DNA of 53,030 nucleotides, from IMG/VR virus record IMGVR_UViG_3300012971_000007, positions 1 through 53,030 of that record, one strand, 5' to 3'. A program made the position numbers and the translations under genes. Below, one piece after another: positions 8,851 to 17,391 of the stretch. Within the stretch, counting starts at the first letter, position 1. Every line of letters starts with the position of its first letter. The stretch is from a virus. The notes below the pieces were generated by a model. It was given only the letters and a program-made list of their open reading frames with translations. It had not been told where the DNA came from and ran no database searches.

Positions 8851-9279
8851 ATGGCAAATCCAAGGCTGTTTTACCCGGATGGCGAGGGGCTGACCAAGAT
8901 GGCGGCGCTCTACGCTGTCATCCCGATTGGCGCCACGGGCGCGCCATCAACTCCCACGTTTCTGTCGTCCCCGTTCCAGAACAACGGCACGGGTTCAGGT
9001 CCGCTGACTCGTTCGAGCGCTGGTGTTTACACCTGCGCTCTGCGCGAGCTGTGGGCTGGCGGCATCGTCTGGTACTCGCTGCTGACCATCCAGTCCACGA
9101 TCGCCGCGACCGACGGTCTCTACGGCACGATCACGGTTGACAACACGAAGACGGGCGCCGCGCCCGGGTTCGGTTTCAGCATGATCAAGGGTGACGCTAC
9201 GGGTGCAGCGGGCGAGATCAGAAATGGTGCCGTCCTGCTGATCGCGGTGGGCATCAAGAACAACGCGCAGAACCCGTAG
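8851..9279 (+). CDS. Hypothetical virion-module protein (142 aa)
   Basis: ATG 8851 follows gggaagga. In frame with track ORF 8809-9279. Confidence 0.65.
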   Translation: MANPRLFYPDGEGLTKMAALYAVIPIGATGAPSTPTFLSSPFQNNGTGSGPLTRSSAGVYTCALRELWAGGIVWYSLLTIQSTIAATDGLYGTITVDNTKTGAAPGFGFSMIKGDATGAAGEIRNGAVLLIAVGIKNNAQNP

Positions 9280-9290
9280 GCGGTGACGTC

Positions 9291-9554
9291 ATGGTGAAGC
9301 CCCAAGGACGAAAGCCGCTGTCGGTGATGATCGGTCTCATGTCCCCGAAAGGGAGCAAGACCGACCACGCCGCCGACGGTGACGAAGAAGACGGCGAAGA
9401 CACAGCGACGGACTACGAGCCTGACGAGGGCGAGATGGCCGCCTGCCAGGACGTCATCGACGCCATGGCGAAGCGCGATCCGAAAGAGCTGTCCGCCGCC
9501 CTCCACCACTGGATGGAGCTGGCGGGGTACGGGCAGCACGAGGAAGAGGGCTAA
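9291..9554 (+). CDS. Acidic hypothetical protein (87 aa)
   Basis: Track ORF with an Asp/Glu-rich centre. Confidence 0.55.
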   Translation: MVKPQGRKPLSVMIGLMSPKGSKTDHAADGDEEDGEDTATDYEPDEGEMAACQDVIDAMAKRDPKELSAALHHWMELAGYGQHEEEG

Positions 9555-9565
9555 CGAAAAAGGTC

Positions 9566-9620
9566 CCGGGCGGTGCTGCTTCCCGATGGCGTCTCCCGTC
9601 GGCTAAGCGGCACCGCCCGG
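9566..9620 (+). other. Nested inverted-repeat structure in the intergenic gap
   Basis: CCGGGCGGTGC (9566-9576) is the exact reverse complement of GCACCGCCCGG (9610-9620). The inner stem is ccgatgg/ccgtcgg. Confidence 0.5.
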
Positions 9621-9636
9621 TAGTTACGGAGACGAC

Positions 9637-10305
9637 GTGGCCCAGACGCTTCTACAGCTCAGGACCGAAGCGCAGCAGCGCGCGAACCAGGAAAACAAAA
9701 CCCTGGTCTCCACGTCGGAATGGAATCGATACATCAATGAGGCGATCGGCGAGCTGTACGACCTGATCCTTTCGTCGTTCCCGCACTACTACCTGAACAG
9801 CTTCGCCTTCACCCTGTCGGGCAGCAATCAGCAGAGCATCGCCGCGCTGTCGCCACTATTCTACAAAATGGCGGGCCTCGACTTCCTGTTCAACGGGACG
9901 TCCCGACCGCAAACGGTCCATCCGATCAGCTTCCAGGAGCGCAACAAGTTCGGGAACCTGAACTTCGCCGGCCAATACACGCTTTGGTACCGGCCGCCGC
10001 CGGCCGTCCTGGTGGCTGACGGCGACACACTCGACTTCATCTTGGACAACTGGTCCAAGTACATCAGCGTCACGGCTGCAATCCAGGGCGCAACGAAAGA
10101 GGAGTCGCCTACGGACGCGATGGAACGCGAGCAGGCCAAGGTGGTCGCGCAGATAAATGCCGCCGCGCCGAACCGGGACTCGGAACCTGGCCAGGCCGCT
10201 GACTTGTCCGTCTACCCGTACGGCTACGGGGAATGCGGGCGAAGGTACATGCTCGAAGGCTCCAACCTGATCGTGCTCGGGTCGGACGCCTGGGACTGGG
10301 CCTGA
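9637..10305 (+). CDS. Head-tail adaptor / tail tubular A-like protein (putative)
   Basis: 222 aa with a GTG start after ggag. It precedes a 1001-aa tail gene with a TGATG overlap. The function is inferred from podovirus gene order. Confidence 0.55.
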   Translation: MAQTLLQLRTEAQQRANQENKTLVSTSEWNRYINEAIGELYDLILSSFPHYYLNSFAFTLSGSNQQSIAALSPLFYKMAGLDFLFNGTSRPQTVHPISFQERNKFGNLNFAGQYTLWYRPPPAVLVADGDTLDFILDNWSKYISVTAAIQGATKEESPTDAMEREQAKVVAQINAAAPNRDSEPGQAADLSVYPYGYGECGRRYMLEGSNLIVLGSDAWDWA

Positions 10306-13300
10306 TGGCGCCCGGCCTGCCCCGCCGGACGGTCCCGATCCTGCTGCGGGGCCTGGACCAAAAAGAGCCGAAGCAGACGGGCATCATGGGCGCCGTCGAG
10401 GTGCTCCAAAACATGGTGCTGATGAAGTCGGCCGAGGGCGGCTACGAGTTCGTGCCGCGCCCCGGCACCACCAATTTGTCAAAGACGGCAGATGTGGGTA
10501 GCATTACGTCCGGGATGCGGCTCGGGACGCTTGGCGCTGGCCTGGTATTGCTGACGGGGGCGTCCTGTTACCGGAAGGCCACCGACGAATGGCACCAGGT
10601 GTCGGCGACCGCGCCGACGGTCGGCGTAGACCAGCGAGCTATCACCCTCGGCTCAGCAACCGTCATCAGCTCGGACAGCGTCTATCTGAACGGGTACACG
10701 GTCTCGGCCTACATCACGGCTGACAATCTCAACGGGCAACAAGAGATCCGCTATTCGATCGTGGACGTCAACGGCGTGGCGGTGGTTGCCAACGCGCTGC
10801 TCGGTCAGACCCTGACCACACAGAGCTATCGTCGGGTGAAGATTCAAACTGCGGGTACCCGCTTCGTCATCAGCTACTTCTCGACGCTGTCCGTGATCAT
10901 CACGGCGCTGATCGGCGACACGGCCACGCCTACCGTTGTGCCTACCAACGTTACGGTGGCGAATAGCGCGATGGAGATCTACGACGCCCAGACGGTCGGC
11001 AGCAGCGGCAAGGTGGCATACGTCTGGCGGGACAGCGGTACCAATCAGCTAAAGCAGGTGCTGCTGACGCTGTCGTCCGGAACCCTGAGCGGCGTAACGA
11101 CCTATGCCGGGCTCACCAGCCTCGACGAGATCGGCTACCTGACCAACACGTACGCCGCGAACACGATCTATCTCGCGCACGTCGATATCACTAACGGCAT
11201 GCGCGTCTCGACGTTCGACGGGACATCGTTGGCGCTCGGATCTACGACTGTCTTTGATGCTGCCGTCACCAGCGTCTATAACATCGGCGGCTACCGGTCA
11301 GGAACGACGACCACGGTCCATTTCACGTTGGCAGGGGCCAACCCGTGGGATCGCGTGATCCGTGTGAACACGGGCGGTGCATCATCGGATGTCATTCGCT
11401 CTCTGACGCTCGCCTCGCGGGTGGTCTCATTCGGCGGCAACCTGTACGCACTGGCGCGCTGGGCAGGGCCGATTGGAACCGCCAGCAACTTCCTGCTCGA
11501 TCTCACCAACAACCTGACAGTCGGGCAGGCGACGCCCCTACAGGCGATCGATGCGCCCCTGGCTGGCTTTGCCGATCAGATGCCGAACCTGGCACCGGCC
11601 GCAGCGTCCAACGTCTTGCTGACGGCGGCCCAGAAGATCGTCGCGGTCCAATCGGGCGGCGGCTCGGCAGTCACCGACGTCGGCGCCGTCACGGTTTCAT
11701 TCACGATGCAGGATCCAACAGTCGGGAAATCCGTCGAGCTGAATGGGCTACTGCACATCCCAGGCTCTCAGCCGTACGTCTACGATGGCTCGGCGCTTGT
11801 CGAGCACGGATTTGTACAGACGCCGACATTCTTCGGAATGGCACTAGCAGGTGGCGGCGGCCTGACAGCCGGAGCGACGTACAGCTATCGGATCACGTAC
11901 GAATGGACCGACGCCGCCGGGAACGTTTGGCGGTCGGATCGGAGCGGCATTCAGACGACAACGCTCAGCGCGGCTCAAACGCAGGTTACGCTGACGCTGC
12001 CGACCCTGCGGGTTACAAGAAAGACCAACGTCTCGATTGGTGTGTACCGAACGCTCGCCAATGGCGACGGGTCGGTGTTCTTCAAGGTGTCGAGCGCGAC
12101 GCAGCCGATCCTGAACAAAACCACCATCGACGCTGTGACATTCGTCGATCAGGTATCTGACCAGGCAGCGGCCTCGGGCGAGCCGCTCTATTCTCCGAAC
12201 GACAACGCCGGATCGGTCCTGCCGAACATCGCGCCGCCGCCGTGCCGGGTGATGGCGGTCCATCGCGGACGGCTGCTGATCGGCGCCGTCGCAGGCGATG
12301 TTGATGCGGTCTGGTTCTCGAAGGACGTCTCGCCTGGTTTCGGTGTCGAATTCTCCGATGCACTGGTCTCGCGGATCACTAGCGTCGAGCCGATCACGGC
12401 TGTCGGGTCGATGGACTCCTATGCTGTGGCATGCACGGCGACGCAGAGCTGGGGCAGCATCAACGAATACCCAGACGACACTGGCGCTGGCGGCGTTCTC
12501 GTTTTTCAGCAGCAAAGCGACACGAACGGCTGCGCCACGATCGGGCTGCTCGGCAAGAATGATCTCGGTTTCATGACATGGGGCGGGAAGGCTACGAGTG
12601 GCGCGGCGACGACGCCGGCCAAGGGATTCTGGCGCAGCTCGCGCGGGCTATCTTGGGATTATGTTGGGAGCGGTGTCGAAGACGATGTGCTGCAATTCCA
12701 GTTCGATCCGGTAGCTGTCGTATCGGTGAAGGGCCAGAACCAGATGCGCTTCGTCGGCAATGGCAACATCCTCGGCCGGATGGTCTTCGTCTACGAAACC
12801 CTGTACGGGACGTGGGCGAATTGGTACTACAGCCAGGCCCCGGCTGCATTCGTCGATGCCGTGCTCTGGAATGGCACCATGGCGTATCTCTGCGCCGATG
12901 GAACGGTGCTGACGGAAGACGTGACGACCTATGACGACGTCAGCGTGCGCGTCCCGCATGTCTGCACGCTGTCCGGTCTGAACCTCTACGGCGTGGCCGG
13001 CTTCGGGCGTCTCTACATCACGCAGCTTACCGGCCGATGCGTCGGCGGCGGGAACGGGTTCATCCTGCGGGCCGACCAGTCATTCGACGGTGTGGCGATC
13101 GCGACCAAGTCAATGGTCTATGGCGGTTCAGAGACCGAGCTTGCTTTCGAAGTCGATCCGGGAACCATGGGGAAGTCATCCAGGTACGACCTGTCGATCT
13201 CCGACACGGCCAACGGTGCCAATTCGGCCTGGACCCTGACCGCGGTTACAGCCCTGATCGGCATGAAATCCGGCCTTTCCAAGCTGCCGCCGGCTCGCCG

Positions 13301-13310
13301 GGCTACCTGA
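10305..13310 (+). CDS. Large tail structural protein (nozzle / tubular B-like, putative)
   Basis: 1001 aa from ATG 10305 (track ORF starts at 10233). Ser/Thr/Gly/Val-rich, beta-type composition. Confidence 0.7.
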   Translation: MAPGLPRRTVPILLRGLDQKEPKQTGIMGAVEVLQNMVLMKSAEGGYEFVPRPGTTNLSKTADVGSITSGMRLGTLGAGLVLLTGASCYRKATDEWHQVSATAPTVGVDQRAITLGSATVISSDSVYLNGYTVSAYITADNLNGQQEIRYSIVDVNGVAVVANALLGQTLTTQSYRRVKIQTAGTRFVISYFSTLSVIITALIGDTATPTVVPTNVTVANSAMEIYDAQTVGSSGKVAYVWRDSGTNQLKQVLLTLSSGTLSGVTTYAGLTSLDEIGYLTNTYAANTIYLAHVDITNGMRVSTFDGTSLALGSTTVFDAAVTSVYNIGGYRSGTTTTVHFTLAGANPWDRVIRVNTGGASSDVIRSLTLASRVVSFGGNLYALARWAGPIGTASNFLLDLTNNLTVGQATPLQAIDAPLAGFADQMPNLAPAAASNVLLTAAQKIVAVQSGGGSAVTDVGAVTVSFTMQDPTVGKSVELNGLLHIPGSQPYVYDGSALVEHGFVQTPTFFGMALAGGGGLTAGATYSYRITYEWTDAAGNVWRSDRSGIQTTTLSAAQTQVTLTLPTLRVTRKTNVSIGVYRTLANGDGSVFFKVSSATQPILNKTTIDAVTFVDQVSDQAAASGEPLYSPNDNAGSVLPNIAPPPCRVMAVHRGRLLIGAVAGDVDAVWFSKDVSPGFGVEFSDALVSRITSVEPITAVGSMDSYAVACTATQSWGSINEYPDDTGAGGVLVFQQQSDTNGCATIGLLGKNDLGFMTWGGKATSGAATTPAKGFWRSSRGLSWDYVGSGVEDDVLQFQFDPVAVVSVKGQNQMRFVGNGNILGRMVFVYETLYGTWANWYYSQAPAAFVDAVLWNGTMAYLCADGTVLTEDVTTYDDVSVRVPHVCTLSGLNLYGVAGFGRLYITQLTGRCVGGGNGFILRADQSFDGVAIATKSMVYGGSETELAFEVDPGTMGKSSRYDLSISDTANGANSAWTLTAVTALIGMKSGLSKLPPARRAT

Positions 13311-13348
13311 CCAAACGTCCAGCGTTGTCGCGGTGCGCAGTGGTGTGC

Positions 13349-13732
13349 ATGCTCTTAGGCATGCGGCGCGTTGTGATGCTCCTTCTGCTGGCGTGTGGCT
13401 GCGCGACCACCGCGGCCCCCTACACCGGGACGACAAGATCGCAGGCACGCTGGGCGGCGCAGCTCGCCTGGTGCCACGACTATGAGGCAGCGCCAGGACC
13501 GCGCGATCGGCGCGTTCTCGATCATTGCCGCTACGATGCCGTCCAGGCCCAGGCCGAAGACGCCGCCGAGCGGGATAGCATCCAGGCGCAGCGCCAGCAG
13601 GATCTGGACAGCGAGAGCGCCATCCGCCGGCAGGCCGCCTGGAGCGCCCTCACCCGCGGCAACAGCAGCCAGACCATCCACTGCACCAGCAGCCCTGGCA
13701 TCGGCGGCACGGTAGACACCCGCTGTAACTAG
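13349..13732 (+). CDS. Predicted lipoprotein (alternative start 13361)
   Basis: The N-terminus MLLGMRRVVMLLLLACGC contains the lipobox LLAC. The mature part has 5 further Cys. Confidence 0.6.
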   Translation: MLLGMRRVVMLLLLACGCATTAAPYTGTTRSQARWAAQLAWCHDYEAAPGPRDRRVLDHCRYDAVQAQAEDAAERDSIQAQRQQDLDSESAIRRQAAWSALTRGNSSQTIHCTSSPGIGGTVDTRCN

Positions 13733-13738
13733 GCGTCT

Positions 13739-13767
13739 GTGCAGGGTACGCACGCCGCATTGGCGTG
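13739..13767 (+). promoter_or_regulatory. Late intergenic cassette copy 3
   Basis: GTGCAGGGTA-cgcacgcc-GCATTGGCGTG. The terminal GTG (13765) is the start of the next gene. Confidence 0.6.
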
Positions 13768-15462
13768 AGCACGCCTTCGCTGTCGGACATCCTTGGCAGT
13801 TGGGGCGCAGAGGCCCAGCAGGGCTATGATGCCCTCGGGAACTACGCCAGCCAGGCCTGGAACAACATCAAACCGCCAAGCACGGCGGGACTCGACCAGG
13901 CCGCCGCTGACTCGCGATCGCTGGAACAGATGTTTCTCCAGCAGATGCAGAACCAGCCATACGCGCCCGTTCCTGGGATCTCATACGCCGGATCAGCGCC
14001 GGTCGTGAACCCGGACGGAAGTGTGACGCCCGGCGCAGGTGCCCCGGGGGCGTACGGCGGCGGTCCTAGCACCGGCCCGGCCCCTGGCACCGCGCGGACC
14101 AGATCGACGCCGGGGGCGATCACGGGGACGCCAGCAACACAAGGTCGGACGCCCGGCCTCGGGACCGCGCAACCGGGACAGGCATGGACCGGAACGCCGC
14201 AGACCCCGCCGCCCGGCGGCGATCAGTACCTCCAAGGACCGCCTGCTGATCCGAATGCACCTGGATCAGCGCTTCCCGGCCCCGGCAATCCTCACGGGGG
14301 TGGTGCTGCATCACCGAGCCCCGGGGGTGGCGGCTTCTATGGCAGCATGATGAATACGGCGGTCGGTTCTCCCGGTCGTCCTCCGACGCCGGTTGGAACG
14401 ACTCCCGCGTCCGCCTCGGGGGGTTACGGAGGATTTGGTACTGGCGGTCAGACTGGTTCGCCTCCCCCGCAGGGATGGACCGCCGGGGGGCCCGGCGGTG
14501 CGAATACGACCTACGTCGCGCCTGGGCCACCTCCCGCGGCGCCTGGAATGATGGCGGCGTCCATGGGGAAGGGCGCGACGATCGACCAGTCGCAGGAGGC
14601 GCAATTCCGCGCCGGCCAGATGGGACTGGCGGCGAACCTCGCGGGCGTGCTGTCCGGTCAGGCTCCTTCTGTCGCGCAGCTACAGCAGCAGCAGGCATTC
14701 GGCCAGCAGGAGGCGCAGCAGCAGGGGCTGGCTGCGGCGATGGGACGCGGCGGGAATACCGCGCTGGCGTTGCGGACTGCTGCCGGAAACATGGGCCAGC
14801 TCGGCGCGCAACAGGCTGCTGCGTCTGCGATCCTGCGTGCCCAGGAACAGGCGACGGCCCGCGGACAGATGGGCGAGGTGCTCAACTCGGGGCGGGCCCA
14901 GGATATCGGTCTTGCCGGGCAACAGGCCGGGCTGCAACAGCAGGCGTCACAGACGAATGCGCAATTGCTCCAGCAGGCGAACGCCAACAATCAGGCGTCC
15001 CAAATCCAGACGCGCGGCCAGAACATCCAGAACACCGCCGAACAACAGCGGGCGATCCTCCAGGCCAATCAGAACCAAGCGCAGGCGTATGGGACCGCCT
15101 ACAACGCCCAGAGCAACCGCGCCCAACAGTACGGCAACCTGTACAGCCAGGGACTATCAGCCGCCGCCCTGCTCTCTGACAAGCGACAGAAGGAGAAGAT
15201 CTCGGCGACCGAGGCGCCCGAGTTCGACGAGTTCCTGTCGAAGATCGCGCCGAAGTCCTTCAGCTATAAAGGCGACCAGCAGCGCCACGTCGGCGTCATG
15301 GCCCAGGACGTGGAGAAGTCGAAGATCGGATCGACGATGGTGAAGAACACGCCCGTGGGGAAGATGATCGACGTTCCCCAGGCGACGGGTGGAATGATGG
15401 CGGCCCTCGCAGACATGCACAAGCGCGTCTCGAAGCTCGAAGGCCGAAAGAAGGCAGCGTGA
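13765..15462 (+). CDS. Low-complexity fibre-like protein with a C-terminal Peptidase_S74 intramolecular-chaperone domain
   Basis: The C-terminus LLSDKRQKEKI...SFSYKGDQQRHVGVMAQDVEKS...MMAALADMHKRVSKLE fits the S74 pattern (SDxRxK, GxxAQ, final helix). The N-terminal 460 aa are Pro/Gly-rich and then Gln/Ala-rich. Confidence 0.8.
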   Translation: MSTPSLSDILGSWGAEAQQGYDALGNYASQAWNNIKPPSTAGLDQAAADSRSLEQMFLQQMQNQPYAPVPGISYAGSAPVVNPDGSVTPGAGAPGAYGGGPSTGPAPGTARTRSTPGAITGTPATQGRTPGLGTAQPGQAWTGTPQTPPPGGDQYLQGPPADPNAPGSALPGPGNPHGGGAASPSPGGGGFYGSMMNTAVGSPGRPPTPVGTTPASASGGYGGFGTGGQTGSPPPQGWTAGGPGGANTTYVAPGPPPAAPGMMAASMGKGATIDQSQEAQFRAGQMGLAANLAGVLSGQAPSVAQLQQQQAFGQQEAQQQGLAAAMGRGGNTALALRTAAGNMGQLGAQQAAASAILRAQEQATARGQMGEVLNSGRAQDIGLAGQQAGLQQQASQTNAQLLQQANANNQASQIQTRGQNIQNTAEQQRAILQANQNQAQAYGTAYNAQSNRAQQYGNLYSQGLSAAALLSDKRQKEKISATEAPEFDEFLSKIAPKSFSYKGDQQRHVGVMAQDVEKSKIGSTMVKNTPVGKMIDVPQATGGMMAALADMHKRVSKLEGRKKAA

Positions 15463-17391
15463 GTGCCGAACCTCGCACGCAAAGTCGATGACGATCCGGA
15501 TGCGCTGATTCTTCCGGAAGAAGAGGAACGGCCCGAGGCAGAGACCCCCCCGCCGGAAGTCGACGCGGTCACGGGTGCCACGCCGCAAGACTCGACGCCG
15601 TACACGCCGCCGGCTGTTCCTGGAGGCGCGCTGACGCCCGAGCAGGAAGCGCGGGCGGCGACGACGCCGAACCCAAGTGACGATGCTGTCGACAAAGCCC
15701 TGACGGAAGCCGGCCAGCAGCCGCAGGCCATCCAGCAGCAGGAACAGAAGGGGATCGAAGAACAAGACAAACTGCTAGAACAGCAGATCGAGGCGAAAAA
15801 GCGAGCCGACGCCGCGCAGGCGAAGATCGATCAAGCCACCGCTGCGCAGGCCGAAGAACAGGCCCGCATCCAGCAAGCGCACGCGCAGCAACAGCAGCAG
15901 ATCTCGGATCAGGCCAACGCCCGCACGCAACAGTGGATGCAGCGACAGCAAGAAGAAATGGACAAGTACCAGTCCATGGGCCTGCACGACTTCATCGGCG
16001 AGATGCCGCTGCTCAACAAGGTCCTGGCAGGCCTATCCATGTTCACCGGGGCCGCTGGTGGCACGCCGCCCGATCGCAATCCTGGCGTCATCGCGATCCG
16101 GGACGCCGTCAACCGCGACTTCCAGCGGCAGCAGTTCGCGATCTCCAAGCAGAAGGAAATGGTCGGCATGGCCAAGGAGGGCGTCGAAACGTCGCTCTCC
16201 ATGAAGCAGCAAGACCTGGCCGACAACAATATGAAGAAGGCCGCCGCACTCGACGCCATCGCAGCGCAGGGCGTGGCGATGAAGCTGCGCAACGGTGTGC
16301 CGCTCAATGAGGCGAACAGCGATGCGGCGATCGTGGCGTTGCGCCAGGACGCCAATAAGACGCGCATGGAGACCCTGAAGCTGGTCCACGCGCAGAACGT
16401 TCAAGAAGCGATGTTCGCGCACAAGCTCGGATATGACGAGCAGATGCTGAAGCTGAACAAGCAGCGGGCAGACGCAGCAACGCTCTCGGCGCAGGCGCGA
16501 GTAAAACACCTAAAGGCTGGCGGCCAGGGCGGCGGCGGTGGAGGAGGCAAGGCCTGGGATGCGATGCAAGGAGCCGCGGAAGCTACTGGCGCGAATCTGG
16601 CGTCAGTCGTTCGCGCCGGTCTCGACAACGGCATGTCAAGGAAGGAGGCGGCCAAGCAGGGGAAGATCATCTGGGACGAATACCAAAAAGGCGGTGGAGC
16701 AAAGAAAAAGGCCGACGCCGCAGAGATCAAAGAGGTGGCCGGGGAATTCCAGAAGGACGAAGCGCGCCTGAATGGTTCTGGCCGTACCCAGGGCCTGGTC
16801 GCGCGCCAACAGGACATCCGTGGCCTGGGCGACATGATCCGCGCCGCCTCGGCGAGCGGCGACCCCAAGCAGCTTGTCGGCGCAGTTGTCGCTGCCCGAG
16901 AGAAGATCGCGCGGCTGAACACCGGGGCAGCTCCTAGCCACGAACAGATGCAACTGCTCAAGGACATGAGCGGCAATCCGGCGCAGTTCGAGGAGAAGAT
17001 CTCTCGCTTGTTCGGCAACCCGAAGACGGCGAAGCAATCGGCAGATGTCTTGCTGTCGCTCATCGATCAGTCAGACGAACACGCGATGAAGCAGATCGAT
17101 ACCGAACGTGAGCGCCTGAAGGTGAAATACGGCCCGAACGGCATCGGACGGACAGAAGCACAGCGACGCTACGCGAACGGTCGCATCGCCGGCTTGACAT
17201 CGGGGGTCAAGGTGCGAACGGATACCGGGGAGATCCCGCGTTACAACGAAGTCGCGCCGCCTCCACCGGAGGCCGGAAATGACAAAGCCGCCAAGGCACA
17301 GGCTATCGTTTCCGATCCAGCGAACAAAAAGAAGTACGGCTACAACGATCAGCAGTGGGCCAGGTTGCAGCAGATTGCGGACGGTAAATGA
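15463..17391 (+). CDS. Internal virion / ejection-type protein (putative), coiled-coil rich
   Basis: 642 aa with a GTG start abutting the upstream TGA. It has long Q/A/K/E heptad-like stretches and a GGGGGGG run. Confidence 0.7.
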   Translation: MPNLARKVDDDPDALILPEEEERPEAETPPPEVDAVTGATPQDSTPYTPPAVPGGALTPEQEARAATTPNPSDDAVDKALTEAGQQPQAIQQQEQKGIEEQDKLLEQQIEAKKRADAAQAKIDQATAAQAEEQARIQQAHAQQQQQISDQANARTQQWMQRQQEEMDKYQSMGLHDFIGEMPLLNKVLAGLSMFTGAAGGTPPDRNPGVIAIRDAVNRDFQRQQFAISKQKEMVGMAKEGVETSLSMKQQDLADNNMKKAAALDAIAAQGVAMKLRNGVPLNEANSDAAIVALRQDANKTRMETLKLVHAQNVQEAMFAHKLGYDEQMLKLNKQRADAATLSAQARVKHLKAGGQGGGGGGGKAWDAMQGAAEATGANLASVVRAGLDNGMSRKEAAKQGKIIWDEYQKGGGAKKKADAAEIKEVAGEFQKDEARLNGSGRTQGLVARQQDIRGLGDMIRAASASGDPKQLVGAVVAAREKIARLNTGAAPSHEQMQLLKDMSGNPAQFEEKISRLFGNPKTAKQSADVLLSLIDQSDEHAMKQIDTERERLKVKYGPNGIGRTEAQRRYANGRIAGLTSGVKVRTDTGEIPRYNEVAPPPPEAGNDKAAKAQAIVSDPANKKKYGYNDQQWARLQQIADGK

